From assembly GCA_002701375.1 (NCBI GenBank), contig NZVB01000036.1, positions 87,705 to 151,704 on the forward strand: a stretch of 64,000 nt of DNA, read 5' to 3'. Positions 52,884 through 63,360 of the stretch are shown one piece after another. This DNA comes from Cyanobium sp. NAT70. Lineage in GTDB: Bacteria; Cyanobacteriota; Cyanobacteriia; PCC-6307; Cyanobiaceae. The stretch's first letter is position 1; every line of letters begins with the position of its first letter. The notes beneath the pieces were generated by a model that worked only from the letters and a program-made list of their open reading frames with translations, had not been told where the DNA came from and searched no databases. The translations under genes were made by a program, and so were the position numbers.

Positions 52884-53357
52884 AACGCTCAACGAGAAAG
52901 GTGCTATCAGAAGGAGTTCATCAGGTATCCCCAAATCAGATGGATTGCGGATGATGGCTAGGAATCAATTTCTATGGTTAACAAGATCTTCCCAAAAAGA
53001 GCAATGGGCTTCACAATGCAATTGAATTGATCAACAACCATCTACAAATACATTATCGATTCTCTCTTCAGTTAGGTGAGAGGATGTGTTAATCGTTATT
53101 GGCTGAGGTCAACTGATGACTTCTTTGGCCGATACAAACCTCGCCATTCACGCCAAATAATGGACAGCACACTCAATCAACTTTTGAAACTCAACCGCAA
53201 AAGGTCACTCACATCATTATTTTTCAATCACTATTCACGATGATCGCAACCTGCATCATTGAAACGACATCAACACAACCCTATCAAGACAAACAGGACA
53301 TAGTGTGCAACTCTTCTTCGTACATAAAACTAGGTGCATATGATATTCCAACCACGC

Positions 53358-53383
53358 AAAAGCCCTGATTAGACAGGGCTTTT
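53358..53383. terminator. Bidirectional intrinsic terminator
   Basis: aaaagccctg-attaga-cagggctttt. Confidence 0.85.
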
Positions 53384-53420
53384 AATACCAAGCGATCAAA
53401 AACTTGAGACAAAAACTCGA

Positions 53421-53864
53421 TCAATGATAAGCACTGCCGATCCTAAAATACAATGGCTCTATACCTGGAATGCTGTAAGTAATTTTGCGAGTGTGTAAAT
53501 CAAGCTGTGCCTGCACTCCCCGCTCATTCTGGAGATAAACAGACCATTGATCGCGATTCATCTCTCTAAAAATATATTTCTCACCATTCCTCATTTTCAT
53601 CAGCCAAAATTGGGAGTTTGGAATGGCACGAAAAAAGCGCTCTGAATTGCTCACATACATCACATTTTGGCCATTCGTATTGCGTCGACGGGCCCTTAAA
53701 CCAGGACGTACATCTGTTCTGGCGACACAGCGATCCCGGCGATACGAGTAGCGAAAACCAGAACTACAGCCATCTGCTGCTTGTGCTGGAGCCATCATGG
53801 CCATTGTTGAACATGTACCAATCAGAGCAATTGCTGAACTGGTCACGATCTTTTTGAAATTCAT
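53421..53864 (-). CDS. Secreted hypothetical protein
   Basis: Signal peptide ending APAQA, Cys pair, FREMNRDQWSVYL..QLDLH segment; terminator downstream. Confidence 0.75.
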   Translation of the reverse strand: MNFKKIVTSSAIALIGTCSTMAMMAPAQAADGCSSGFRYSYRRDRCVARTDVRPGLRARRRNTNGQNVMYVSNSERFFRAIPNSQFWLMKMRNGEKYIFREMNRDQWSVYLQNERGVQAQLDLHTRKITYSIPGIEPLYFRIGSAYH

Positions 53865-53966
53865 TGGAAATCAAAGCTGTGGTGAATTAGGAAGCAGGCT
53901 GTGCGCCCCATGAATCAATCATCTGTCCAATCCACGCTCGCCACGATGACACCCCTCAAACAACTG

Positions 53967-53982
53967 TGTGATCTTTCTCACG
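53967..53982. promoter_or_regulatory. CRP-family binding-site-like motif
   Basis: TGTGA-tctttc-TCACG, 9/10 match to TGTGA-N6-TCACA, about 100 bp upstream of 53864. Confidence 0.45.
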
Positions 53983-54600
53983 ACGACTCCCACTTACGCT
54001 CAGAAAGAGAAGAACTCAGTGGTGACGGCTAAATATTGAAGCGCCTCAGAACAAGACAAGAGCAAATCGTCTTCCCTAGAGCGAGAGTGATCACCACCTC
54101 TCCAACGATGAACCCAATCACCATTTCATCCTGTGATTAGGCGAGATGCCTCCGGACGAGGGAGGCAAGCATTGTCCCGTGACAGATAATTTCCATTCCA
54201 ACATCAAAGTCGTCATCAGAAGTACCCCGTCGAAAACGACGACAAATCCATCGCCTTGATGACGCCAAATCAAAAGAGCGCTTGAGAGAGTTCAGAATTG
54301 CATTCAAAGAAACCAAAAAAAATGCAACATCAATCATTTTATCGAACCTCTCAATATTCAGCTCAGCGAATCAAGATCAGTCAACCAAGCCAACTCTAAG
54401 CCTACTAACAAATATTTTATTGGAGTTAAAAAACAATGCCGAGGCAAGACTACAAAATGTGCGCATGAACCGTTGATGAGCCAGCGCAACATCTCTCACA
54501 ATTTTCAAATCATTGCTCAAAAAACAAGCGTTTCACATCAGCATCCAAAAGCTAATCTGACCCAAAGCCGAAGGGACCCAAGAGATCGCGGCAGAATGGC

Positions 54601-54999
54601 GTGATGAATCAGACCATCCCCATGCGGGCATTCCTGCTTCTAGCGCTTGCCCTGCCAGCATTTGCCGGTCAAGCATATGTGCCCTGGCCTAGCACAGAGA
54701 CATTCCGCAGCATTCAGCTCGATGCTTTTCGCTGTTCACGTGAAAACCAAGACGCACCCTGTCGAATCACCCGTAGCAAAGCGGATGCCCTGATGGATCA
54801 TCCACGCTTGCCCGTGATCTGCAAGGACGTGCTGTGGACATTGATCGAGACAGCCACCGTATCGCCATCCAATGGCTACAAACGTCGAGATGCGATTGAC
54901 AAGCCAGCACGGCGACTGGTCAATATCTGTGCAGAACCAGTCAAAAAACAATCCAAACCTAAATCACCTCAAAGATCCGGCTTTCCAGCCAGTTCCTAG
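54601..54999 (+). CDS. Secreted hypothetical protein
   Basis: Signal peptide, four Cys, ADALMDHPRLPVICKD. Confidence 0.75.
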   Translation: MMNQTIPMRAFLLLALALPAFAGQAYVPWPSTETFRSIQLDAFRCSRENQDAPCRITRSKADALMDHPRLPVICKDVLWTLIETATVSPSNGYKRRDAIDKPARRLVNICAEPVKKQSKPKSPQRSGFPASS

Positions 55000-55002
55000 A
55001 CA

Positions 55003-55242
55003 TTAGTCAAAATCAAAGCTAAACCTTTGACCTTGCATTAAGCGACCAACTTCAGAGCGAACTTCTTCCAAAAGCTCTCGACTGACATCAGGATGCTTCT
55101 TAATCTCATCTACAAATGACTGAACATCAGAAGCGGTTAAACCATGATTAGTAATTTTAACTTCTACTTTACTGCGAAATTGTTCCAGCAAAGCTTTCTG
55201 ATCTTCATTGAGCGGTTGAGAACCAGGATGAGTGATGTCCAT
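55003..55242 (-). CDS. Small helical hypothetical protein
   Basis: 79-aa ORF between two genes with plausible composition. Confidence 0.6.
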   Translation of the reverse strand: MDITHPGSQPLNEDQKALLEQFRSKVEVKITNHGLTASDVQSFVDEIKKHPDVSRELLEEVRSEVGRLMQGQRFSFDFD

Positions 55243-55265
55243 TCGAGAATGTGTAACGGGTCGGA

Positions 55266-55631
55266 TTAGCGTGCACTCGTTTCATCACCGAGCATTTGAA
55301 GCAACGTCTCAGATGTCGAGAGCATCTCCCCCATGCTGAGCGAATTCTCCTGCCCGGCGATTTCGGAAGCCAGCTCACAAACGGAAGAGGAGCGGTCCGC
55401 AGCGTCGCAGCTATTGGACAACTGCACCATGGCATTGGAGAGCTTTCCGCGCAGGCACTCCTCTGAACCGGCCTCGTTGATCACAGCCTGCGCTGCTGTC
55501 GCCGCCCCTGCTGAAGCCTTGTCATAAGGAACGGCTCTTTTCCAAGCTTGAGAGGCGAGGGCAGGAGCGTTGAGACAGCCAAACCCTTGCACACAAACAC
55601 CGAAGACGATCAACAGCAGCGGCCTTGGCAT
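55266..55631 (-). CDS. Secreted hypothetical protein
   Basis: Signal peptide; ECLRGKLSNA..LSNSC motif. Confidence 0.7.
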   Translation of the reverse strand: MPRPLLLIVFGVCVQGFGCLNAPALASQAWKRAVPYDKASAGAATAAQAVINEAGSEECLRGKLSNAMVQLSNSCDAADRSSSVCELASEIAGQENSLSMGEMLSTSETLLQMLGDETSAR

Positions 55632-55738
55632 GTTTTAGGCGAAATAAACGGGCGTTGGACTAGCGACCGCACTGGTCATGTCGAACACGCTGCCACGGCA
55701 ATCCTGTGTTTACGTTCCGCGTAGTCCCACTCTCCGTG

Positions 55739-57397
55739 ATGACCACCTCGGCCCCGGCGGAACCGACAAAGCGTCAGGTGCGCCTCGAGACCCCCTTTAC
55801 CGATCAGAAGCCGGGCACCTCCGGCCTGCGTAAGAGCAGCAAGCAATTTGAGCAGCCGCATTACTTGGAATGCTTTATCGAAGCGGTGTTCCAAACCCTC
55901 TCCGGAGTGGAAGGCGGCACCTTGGTTCTTGGAGGTGATGGGCGTTACGGCAATCGTCGCGCCATCGATGTGATTTTGCGGATGGGCGCTGCTCATGGGC
56001 TGAGCAAGGTGATTGTCAGCACCAACGGCATCCTGTCCACGCCGGCAGCCTCGAATCTGATTCGCAAGCGCGACGCCATCGGAGGCATCATCCTCTCTGC
56101 TAGCCACAATCCCGGCGGTCCGGATGGAGATTTCGGGGTCAAAGTCAATGGCCCCAACGGTGGGCCCACGCCGGCATCGTTCACAGATGCCGTTTTTGAG
56201 TGCACCAAGACGCTGGAGCAATACTCGATTGTTGATGCTGATCAGATCTCTCTAGACACACCAGGTGAACACGTCATCGGCTCTATGAAAGTGGAGGTCA
56301 TCGACGGTGTTGATGATTTCGTTGAACTGATGCAGCAGTTATTCGACTTTGATCGCATCAGTGACCTGATCCGTGGAGATTTTCCGCTGGCCTTCGATGC
56401 CATGCACGCCGTCACCGGTCCCTATGCACAACGTCTCCTTGTAGATCGACTCGGAGCGCCCAAAGGCAGCGTCAGAAACGGTATCCCGCTCGAAGACTTT
56501 GGAGCGGGCCATCCAGACCCCAACCTCACCTATGCCCATGAACTGGCCGATCTGCTGCTGAACGGCGACGGCTACCGCTTTGGGGCCGCCTGCGATGGCG
56601 ATGGCGACCGCAACATGATCCTGGGCAACCGCTGCTTCGTGAATCCAAGCGACAGCCTGGCGGTTCTCACCGCCAACGCCACGGTTGCTCCTGCTTATGC
56701 CGATGGGCTCGCAGGCGTCGCCCGCTCAATGCCAACAAGCTCGGCTGTGGATGTAGTGGCGAGAGAACTGGGCATTGCCTGTTTTGAGACTCCCACCGGC
56801 TGGAAATTCTTCGGCAATCTTCTCGACGCTGGCCAAATCACCCTATGTGGAGAGGAAAGCTTCGGCACAGGTAGCAATCATGTGCGCGAAAAAGATGGCC
56901 TCTGGGCCGTCTTGTTTTGGCTGCAAATCATGGCTGAACGCCGCTGCAGCATTGCTGAAATCATGGCGAAGCATTGGAGCCATTTCGGGCGCCACTACTA
57001 CTCTCGCCACGATTACGAGGCTGTGGCTAGCGATGCTGCTCATGGCCTCTACGACCGCCTTGAAGGCATGTTGCCCAGTCTCGTGGGACAACCCTTCGCC
57101 GGACGCAGCATCGGTGCCGCTGACAACTTCAGCTACACCGACCCAATTGATCACTCGGTCACCAAGGGGCAGGGTCTACGCATCCTGCTGAATGACGGCA
57201 GCCGTGTGGTGGTCCGCCTCTCTGGCACAGGCACCCAAGGGGCGACTATCCGCGTCTACTTAGAGAGTTATGTGCCCAGCAGCGGTGACCTCAACCAGGA
57301 TCCTCAGATTGCACTGGCTGACATGATCAGCGGCATCAATGGCTTGGCTGAAATCCAAAAACGGACAGGGATGGATCGTCCAACGGTGATCACCTAA
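55739..57397 (+). CDS. pgm: Phosphoglucomutase
   Basis: QKPGTSGLRK, SASHNPGG, DGDGDRN, GEESFG and RLSGTG. Confidence 0.97.
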   Translation: MTTSAPAEPTKRQVRLETPFTDQKPGTSGLRKSSKQFEQPHYLECFIEAVFQTLSGVEGGTLVLGGDGRYGNRRAIDVILRMGAAHGLSKVIVSTNGILSTPAASNLIRKRDAIGGIILSASHNPGGPDGDFGVKVNGPNGGPTPASFTDAVFECTKTLEQYSIVDADQISLDTPGEHVIGSMKVEVIDGVDDFVELMQQLFDFDRISDLIRGDFPLAFDAMHAVTGPYAQRLLVDRLGAPKGSVRNGIPLEDFGAGHPDPNLTYAHELADLLLNGDGYRFGAACDGDGDRNMILGNRCFVNPSDSLAVLTANATVAPAYADGLAGVARSMPTSSAVDVVARELGIACFETPTGWKFFGNLLDAGQITLCGEESFGTGSNHVREKDGLWAVLFWLQIMAERRCSIAEIMAKHWSHFGRHYYSRHDYEAVASDAAHGLYDRLEGMLPSLVGQPFAGRSIGAADNFSYTDPIDHSVTKGQGLRILLNDGSRVVVRLSGTGTQGATIRVYLESYVPSSGDLNQDPQIALADMISGINGLAEIQKRTGMDRPTVIT

Positions 57398-57445
57398 CTG
57401 AAGTCGCTCGAGCTCTTTGTCTTAATCACCTCCTCTCCTTTGCAC

Positions 57446-57481
57446 CCCTTTGGTGCCTCTCGATCGAGAGGCGCCAAAGGG
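57446..57481. repeat. 36-bp near-perfect palindrome
   Basis: ccctttggtgcctctcga|tcgagaggcgccaaaggg, single mismatch (a G-U pair in the plus-strand RNA). Confidence 0.9.
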
Positions 57482-57548
57482 AAAATTACGAAACAATCCG
57501 AAAAATAGATTACTATCAACTTAATAATGAATTACCAGGAGCATTGCT

Positions 57549-58055
57549 TTGGAACTCATAGGATCCTGGACGGTTGTTAAAAGGAATCGCAAGAAGATCA
57601 CAGGGTACTGGGAAGGAGCTGCCGGCACAAACTACGGAGAAGAAGCTGGCTTATTTGAAATCAACAAAAAAGGAAAACACAAAATATTCGACTTGACAAT
57701 TAATCGACGAGGCAATCCCATCAAAGGAGATTTACTATATATAAATAGCGCAAGGCAGAGCAAATCGCTTGGCTGGAGCAAGAATAGTCTTGCCTCAATG
57801 CAAAACGAAACTGGCCTCCTGATTAAAGGCAATGACTGCACAATTACATTTTATCCTGACACTGAAACAAGAGGAATTGCTCAGCGCGTGATCAGCAATG
57901 CACCCGGAGCCACTCTTAATTCCGTGACAGAATTAAGCAATGTTTACCCAACCGATTCTTATTACGGTGAACTAGCAAACCTGTTCGATGGAGACAGCAA
58001 CCCTCTTGGTCAGGTCACACTTCAACCAACACAAGCAGTACAGCAATTCTGCTAA
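57549..58055 (+). CDS. Hypothetical protein (AT-rich orphan)
   Basis: 168-aa ORF, start uncertain. Confidence 0.55.
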   Translation: MELIGSWTVVKRNRKKITGYWEGAAGTNYGEEAGLFEINKKGKHKIFDLTINRRGNPIKGDLLYINSARQSKSLGWSKNSLASMQNETGLLIKGNDCTITFYPDTETRGIAQRVISNAPGATLNSVTELSNVYPTDSYYGELANLFDGDSNPLGQVTLQPTQAVQQFC

Positions 58056-58304
58056 CCCAAAACGCCAAGATAATCTCATCCTTACAGCAGGAGCAGTGCT
58101 GATTTTTTGGAATATATTCATCACCCATCGCCGGTCCAATCCGAAGCGAATAAAGAACTCACGTTTACATCGTGGAAGGCAATTTAAGCCATTACCTTAT
58201 GACAGCCAGTGATCGAATAGCATTCCAATCAAACAAAGCAAGAATAATCTTGGGCAATGCTTGGCTTCCTGCTGAGATTGCCATGGATCGATCGAAAAAA
58301 TTCA

Positions 58305-58607
58305 TCACTTACCACGACGCGTGTTGTAATGGCGGTAGACGTCATCACCTGCTTCTTCCTGCAGTTGACGCATGGATTCAATCGCGAATCCACCGAGTCC
58401 GCCTGAACCAATGATCATCAAGAAGAACAAACGCAGCCGGGACGAATCAATCTGAGCCGGCGTGTTTGAAATCAAAATCTTGAGGAAATAAGCAACTGCT
58501 CCGCCAATGGCACAACCAATCGCAATCGCAACAAGCACTTTCATGCCACTAAAAGGCTTATTGCTCTTGACCTCAGACTGCCTCGGCTGCTGATTTTGGT
58601 CCATCAA
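58305..58607 (-). CDS. Small two-TM membrane protein
   Basis: ATGA overlap with the RND gene stop; two hydrophobic helices. Confidence 0.75.
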   Translation of the reverse strand: MMDQNQQPRQSEVKSNKPFSGMKVLVAIAIGCAIGGAVAYFLKILISNTPAQIDSSRLRLFFLMIIGSGGLGGFAIESMRQLQEEAGDDVYRHYNTRRGK

Positions 58608-61600
58608 GTTGATTGGGGAGTGGGAGCATCGGTGGCAGCCTCCGGGTGTTCAGGTGACTCAGGCGGTCTCGCCTCGGCCTGGCCGAGCAGCGATTTCATC
58701 ACCACATAGAACACGGGCACCACAAGAGTGGAGAGGAAGGTGGCCACCAGCAGCCCCCCGAACACCACCAGGCCGAGTGAGGACTGGCTCTGGGCGCCGG
58801 CGCCCTTGGCGAGCATCAGCGGCAGGAAGCCAGTGAGCGAGGAGATGGCCGTCATCAGGATCGGCCGCAAACGGGACTTGGCCGAGAAGGTGGCTGCCTC
58901 GAGAGCCGAAGCCCCCTCACCCATCTTCTGGTTGGCCAGATCAACGATCAAGATCGCGTTCCCCCCGGCCAGACCGATCAGCATCACCAGACCGACCTGG
59001 GCATAGATGTTGAGCACCTGTCCGGCTCCTCCGAGGAACACCAGGGCACCAAGCAGGGCGGTGGGAACCGTGAGGAGAATGATGATCGGATCGGTGTAGC
59101 TCTCGTACTGGGCCGACAGAACGAGAAACACTGCCAGGATCCCCAGGGCGAAGATCACGACTGCCAACGATCCGGCTTTCACCTCCTCGCGTGAGATGCC
59201 CGTCCAATCGAAGCCGAGGCCCTGGTAACGGCCCTCATTGAAGATCTGCCTCATCGTTCCGATCGCCTGACCGGAGCTTTTGCCTTCGTTGGGCGTTCCA
59301 TCAATCTTGATCGAACGGTAAAGATTGAAATGGGGAATCACGCTGGGCCCCACGGCCTTCTGGACCGTGAAGAACTCGGAGAGAGGCACCTGTTCGCCCT
59401 TGCTGTTGGCCACATAGATCGATGACAGCCGCTGCGGAGTTGCCCGGCTCACCTCGTCCGCCTGGACATAGACACGACGCACCTTGCCTTCCTGGAAGGT
59501 GTCATTCACATAGGCCCCACCGAAGTTGACACTGAACGCCGACATCGCTGATCCGAAGTCCACACCGAGTGACGCCATCTGCTCCCGGTCCACATCGATC
59601 TTGTACTGCGGTGCCTGAGGCGAGAACAGGGTATAGATCGTGCCGAGAACGGGATTTGTTTTGCCGCTATCGATGATCTGGTTGGCGGAATCAAAGAACT
59701 GATTGAGCGAATAAACGCCGCTGCTCTGATCCAGCAGCTGGAATTCAAAGCCACCTCCAGTTCCATAACCGGGAATGGAAGGCGGCTCCACCACCAACAC
59801 ACGGCCGGAATCAATTTGGTCGCGCAACTTGGCTTTCAGCCGTTTCACAACGGCACCGACGGTGTGGTCCTTTCCGGGCCGTTCATCCCAGTGCTTCATG
59901 CCGATGAAGAACAGTCCCTTGTTGGGAGCATTGCCGTCGAGGCTGGCACCACTGAACAGAGCTGCTGAGGAAATGTCCTCTTCGGTGCGCATCACCGCGG
60001 CAACCTGACGGTTGATCGCCAGGGTCTTCTCGTTGGACACCCCTTCCGGAGCCTGCACGAAGCCGATGGCATAGCCCTGGTCCTCAATCGGCACGAAGCC
60101 GCCGGGGATGCGGGTGAAGGCGAAACCGGTGAGCAGAATGCCCGCCGCCAGGGCCGCCATCACGATCGGGCGGGCCTTGAGCACCGCCTCGAGGATGGAG
60201 GCATAGCGCGTCTCGAAACCGGCGTAGAAGCGATTGAAGTTGGTGAAGATCAAGGGGATGAACCAGCCCACCACCAGGCCGATGACCGTGAACAGCACCA
60301 CCGGAATCGGATTGGTGAAGATCACACCGGTGCTGATCACCCCGACGGCCGCACCACCGGCAGCAAAGGGAAGACGTAGAGGAAGACCGGTGATCTTGCC
60401 GGCGACGAAACCAACAACCGCACCGATGACCATCGGGATCAAGGCTGCGAATGCTCCATTTCCGGCACTGAGCAACCCGTAGATGAAGCCGAGGATCACA
60501 CCGGCGACGGCGTATTGGTTGCGGCTGAGCTCCTTGGTCTCCCGGGAGAGCAACAGCGCCGAGAGCATCGGCGAGAAGGTGAGGGCGTTGAAGGTGGAGA
60601 TGCCGATCGAGAAGAGGATCGTGGCGGCGAACTGCTTGTAGATCGTGCCTGTGGCTCCGGGGAAGAACAGCACCGGTAGGAACACCGCCATCTTCACCAG
60701 CGAGGTGGCGATCACGGCACCGAACAGTTCATCCATCGTTTCCATCGCCGCCTGCACTGAGGTCATCCCCTCCGCTTTCTTCGCGGAGGTGTCCTCCACG
60801 ACGGTGATGGCGTCGTCAACCACCAGACCCGTGGCCAGCACCAGGCCAAACAGGGTGAGCTGATTCAGGGAGAACCCGAAAGCCAGCACAAGAGCAAAGG
60901 TTCCAATCAGAGCCACCGGGATGGCGATGGCGGGCACCAGGGTGGCTTTCCAGTTCTGGAGAAACAGGAACAGGATCAGCACCACCAGGATCACAGCATC
61001 CCGCAAAGAGTTGGTCACCCCCTTGATCGACTGATTGATGAAATCGGTGGTGTCGTAGATCTTCTGAATACCGAGGCCGATCGGCAGGGTCTTTTCGAAG
61101 TCCGCGAGCACCTCCTTGACGCCGTCAGACACCTCGATGGCGTTGCTGCCGGTGAGCTGGTAGATGGCGATGCCCACCGATGGCGTTCCCTGGAGATCCA
61201 TCGCATCGATGCCGTAGGTCTCACCACCGAGCTCCACCCGGCCCACATCCTTCAGTCGAACCAGTCCACCGGCATCGGTGGTGCGCAGCACGATGTTCTC
61301 GAATTCCTTTGTTGTGGTGAGTCGACCCTGCAGCTGCACGGTGAAGGTGTATTCCTGACCTTCCGGAGCCGGAGCACCACCGACCTTGCCGGCGGGCACA
61401 AGACGATTCTGACTCTTCAGCTGATTGACCACATCCGTGGCCGAAAGATTGTTGGCCGTGAGTTTCTCGGGGTCAAGCCAGAGACGGAATGCGATCTTGC
61501 GGTTTCCGAAGTAGGTGACATCACCGACTCCCTTCACCCGCTTCACGTTGTCGGTGAGGTTCTTATCGAGATAGCCACTGATCGTTTCCACCGAATATTC

Positions 61601-62056
61601 AGTTTGAGACGGATCTTCATTGACGAAGTTGTAAACGAGCAGAATCGAGTTGGAGGCCTTGTTCACCGTCACGCCGGATTTGCGCACCTCTTCAGGCAGC
61701 TGCGGTTCGGCCAGGGAGACGCGATTCTGAACATTCACCTGATTGATGTTTCCATCGGTTCCGCTGTTGAACGACACGGAGATGGAACTCACACCATCGG
61801 ATGAGCTGTTCGAGGTGATGAAATCCATCTCCTCAACGCCGTTGATCTGCTGTTCCAGCACGGAGGTGACACCCTGCTCGACCGCAACGGCATCCGCTCC
61901 CACATAGGTGGACTGAACCTTGACGGTCGGTGGGGCGATATCCGGGAGGTTCTCAATCGGAAGAATTGGAATCGCAATGAGACCAACGATCACGATCAGA
62001 AGACTGCAGACCGTGCTGAGAACCGGTCTGGTGATGAAATTATTGGAAGCGGACAT
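58604..62056 (-). CDS. RND efflux permease (AcrB/HAE1 family)
   Basis: FITRPV, LPDIAPP, GLVVDDAITVVE and RLRPILMT. Confidence 0.96.
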   Translation of the reverse strand: MSASNNFITRPVLSTVCSLLIVIVGLIAIPILPIENLPDIAPPTVKVQSTYVGADAVAVEQGVTSVLEQQINGVEEMDFITSNSSSDGVSSISVSFNSGTDGNINQVNVQNRVSLAEPQLPEEVRKSGVTVNKASNSILLVYNFVNEDPSQTEYSVETISGYLDKNLTDNVKRVKGVGDVTYFGNRKIAFRLWLDPEKLTANNLSATDVVNQLKSQNRLVPAGKVGGAPAPEGQEYTFTVQLQGRLTTTKEFENIVLRTTDAGGLVRLKDVGRVELGGETYGIDAMDLQGTPSVGIAIYQLTGSNAIEVSDGVKEVLADFEKTLPIGLGIQKIYDTTDFINQSIKGVTNSLRDAVILVVLILFLFLQNWKATLVPAIAIPVALIGTFALVLAFGFSLNQLTLFGLVLATGLVVDDAITVVEDTSAKKAEGMTSVQAAMETMDELFGAVIATSLVKMAVFLPVLFFPGATGTIYKQFAATILFSIGISTFNALTFSPMLSALLLSRETKELSRNQYAVAGVILGFIYGLLSAGNGAFAALIPMVIGAVVGFVAGKITGLPLRLPFAAGGAAVGVISTGVIFTNPIPVVLFTVIGLVVGWFIPLIFTNFNRFYAGFETRYASILEAVLKARPIVMAALAAGILLTGFAFTRIPGGFVPIEDQGYAIGFVQAPEGVSNEKTLAINRQVAAVMRTEEDISSAALFSGASLDGNAPNKGLFFIGMKHWDERPGKDHTVGAVVKRLKAKLRDQIDSGRVLVVEPPSIPGYGTGGGFEFQLLDQSSGVYSLNQFFDSANQIIDSGKTNPVLGTIYTLFSPQAPQYKIDVDREQMASLGVDFGSAMSAFSVNFGGAYVNDTFQEGKVRRVYVQADEVSRATPQRLSSIYVANSKGEQVPLSEFFTVQKAVGPSVIPHFNLYRSIKIDGTPNEGKSSGQAIGTMRQIFNEGRYQGLGFDWTGISREEVKAGSLAVVIFALGILAVFLVLSAQYESYTDPIIILLTVPTALLGALVFLGGAGQVLNIYAQVGLVMLIGLAGGNAILIVDLANQKMGEGASALEAATFSAKSRLRPILMTAISSLTGFLPLMLAKGAGAQSQSSLGLVVFGGLLVATFLSTLVVPVFYVVMKSLLGQAEARPPESPEHPEAATDAPTPQST

Positions 62057-62065
62057 CGTTCAACT

Positions 62066-63184
62066 TCAGTTCGTCTTGGCCGGCAGAACCTGGACAGGCA
62101 TGCCGTGTTTGAGATTGAGCAAATTGGTGGTGACCACCATCTGATTCGACTCGAGACCCTTGCTGATTGGGTACAGCTGGTTCTCGAGCTCTCCAACCGT
62201 GACTGGGGTCTGCAGCGCGAATCGGGTTTCAGCAGGAATCTTGCCCGCAGCTATGCCTTTCTCGAGTTTGGTTAGATCAGCCTTGCCGGGATTGGCCTTG
62301 AGATCCTCGAAGCTGCCCAGCCGGAACACGAAACTTTGTCCGGAGGTCTGCGTCACCGCGGCGAAAGGAACAGCCAGTTCCTCCTTGGCCTTGATCTGAA
62401 CGCGGGTCCGCAGGCGCTGACCATCCCGCAGCTTGCCGTCCGTGTTCGGGAACACGGCTTTCACCAGCAGGCCCTGGGTCTGTTTGTTGATCCTGGGATC
62501 GATGGATCCCACCTCGCCGGTAGCAATCACACTGTCGCTGCCGGGAGCACTCAGCAGCACCGGCTGACCGAGCTCAAGCCGGTTGGAAAACACGGCGGGC
62601 ACCTCAACACGGGCCTCCAGTTCGTTGTTCTGAACGAGACTGGTGAAGGGAGTGCCCTGCTGGATCACATCCCCAACCTTGACCTTCACATCCGCCACCA
62701 CACCTGCGGACGGTGAACGCAGGTTGCTGTAACTGAGGGTGGCTTCGGTTGATTTGACCTTCTCAGTGGCAGCGATGTACTTCGTCCGATAGCGATCCAG
62801 TTCCTTTTGAGAAGCCGCACCGGTTTTGCTGAGATATTGATAACGCTCGTAGTTGGCCTTAGCTGAATCCGCATTCGCTTTGTCCTCTGCCAGCTGAGCC
62901 TGCTGCTGAGCCTGATCAAGAACCACCAGAAGCTGACCAGCCTCCACCTCGTCCCCTTGACTGATCTTGAGTTCAAGGATGCGACCACCGGACTGGGCAG
63001 CCAGTTCGACCAGCTGGCTGGCCTCAAGAGTGCTGACGGTGTCAACTCCCTCGGTGAACTCGGCCATCATGGTCGAAACCGCCTGAACCTTCGGCGGAGG
63101 TGGCTGCTGTGGTGGTGCGCCCTTGCAGGAGCTGACCGTGATCAGAGCGGCGAGGGAGAGAAGAAGTCGCTGCGGATGACGCAC
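62066..63184 (-). CDS. RND periplasmic adaptor (MFP) lipoprotein
   Basis: Lipobox VSSC; GDEVEAGQLL, RSPSAGVV and IDPRIN..T. Confidence 0.93.
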   Translation of the reverse strand: MRHPQRLLLSLAALITVSSCKGAPPQQPPPPKVQAVSTMMAEFTEGVDTVSTLEASQLVELAAQSGGRILELKISQGDEVEAGQLLVVLDQAQQQAQLAEDKANADSAKANYERYQYLSKTGAASQKELDRYRTKYIAATEKVKSTEATLSYSNLRSPSAGVVADVKVKVGDVIQQGTPFTSLVQNNELEARVEVPAVFSNRLELGQPVLLSAPGSDSVIATGEVGSIDPRINKQTQGLLVKAVFPNTDGKLRDGQRLRTRVQIKAKEELAVPFAAVTQTSGQSFVFRLGSFEDLKANPGKADLTKLEKGIAAGKIPAETRFALQTPVTVGELENQLYPISKGLESNQMVVTTNLLNLKHGMPVQVLPAKTN

Positions 63185-63360
63185 GGCAAAAAGGCTTTGG
63201 CGGAATTATGCAGTTTTTAGAGAGCGCCGACCGTCACGAACCAAGAAAGCTGGAGAAGGCGGAACAAAAACATCAGATCCGGACCAAATCAATCAGCACC
63301 CCGTTGATGTGACACCAGATCGTTGCCGGTCGTTGAAACTGAAACATCGACCCATGCCCT

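Noticed and set aside
54137-54476. Short ORFs on both strands
   Set aside because: No clear start or motif
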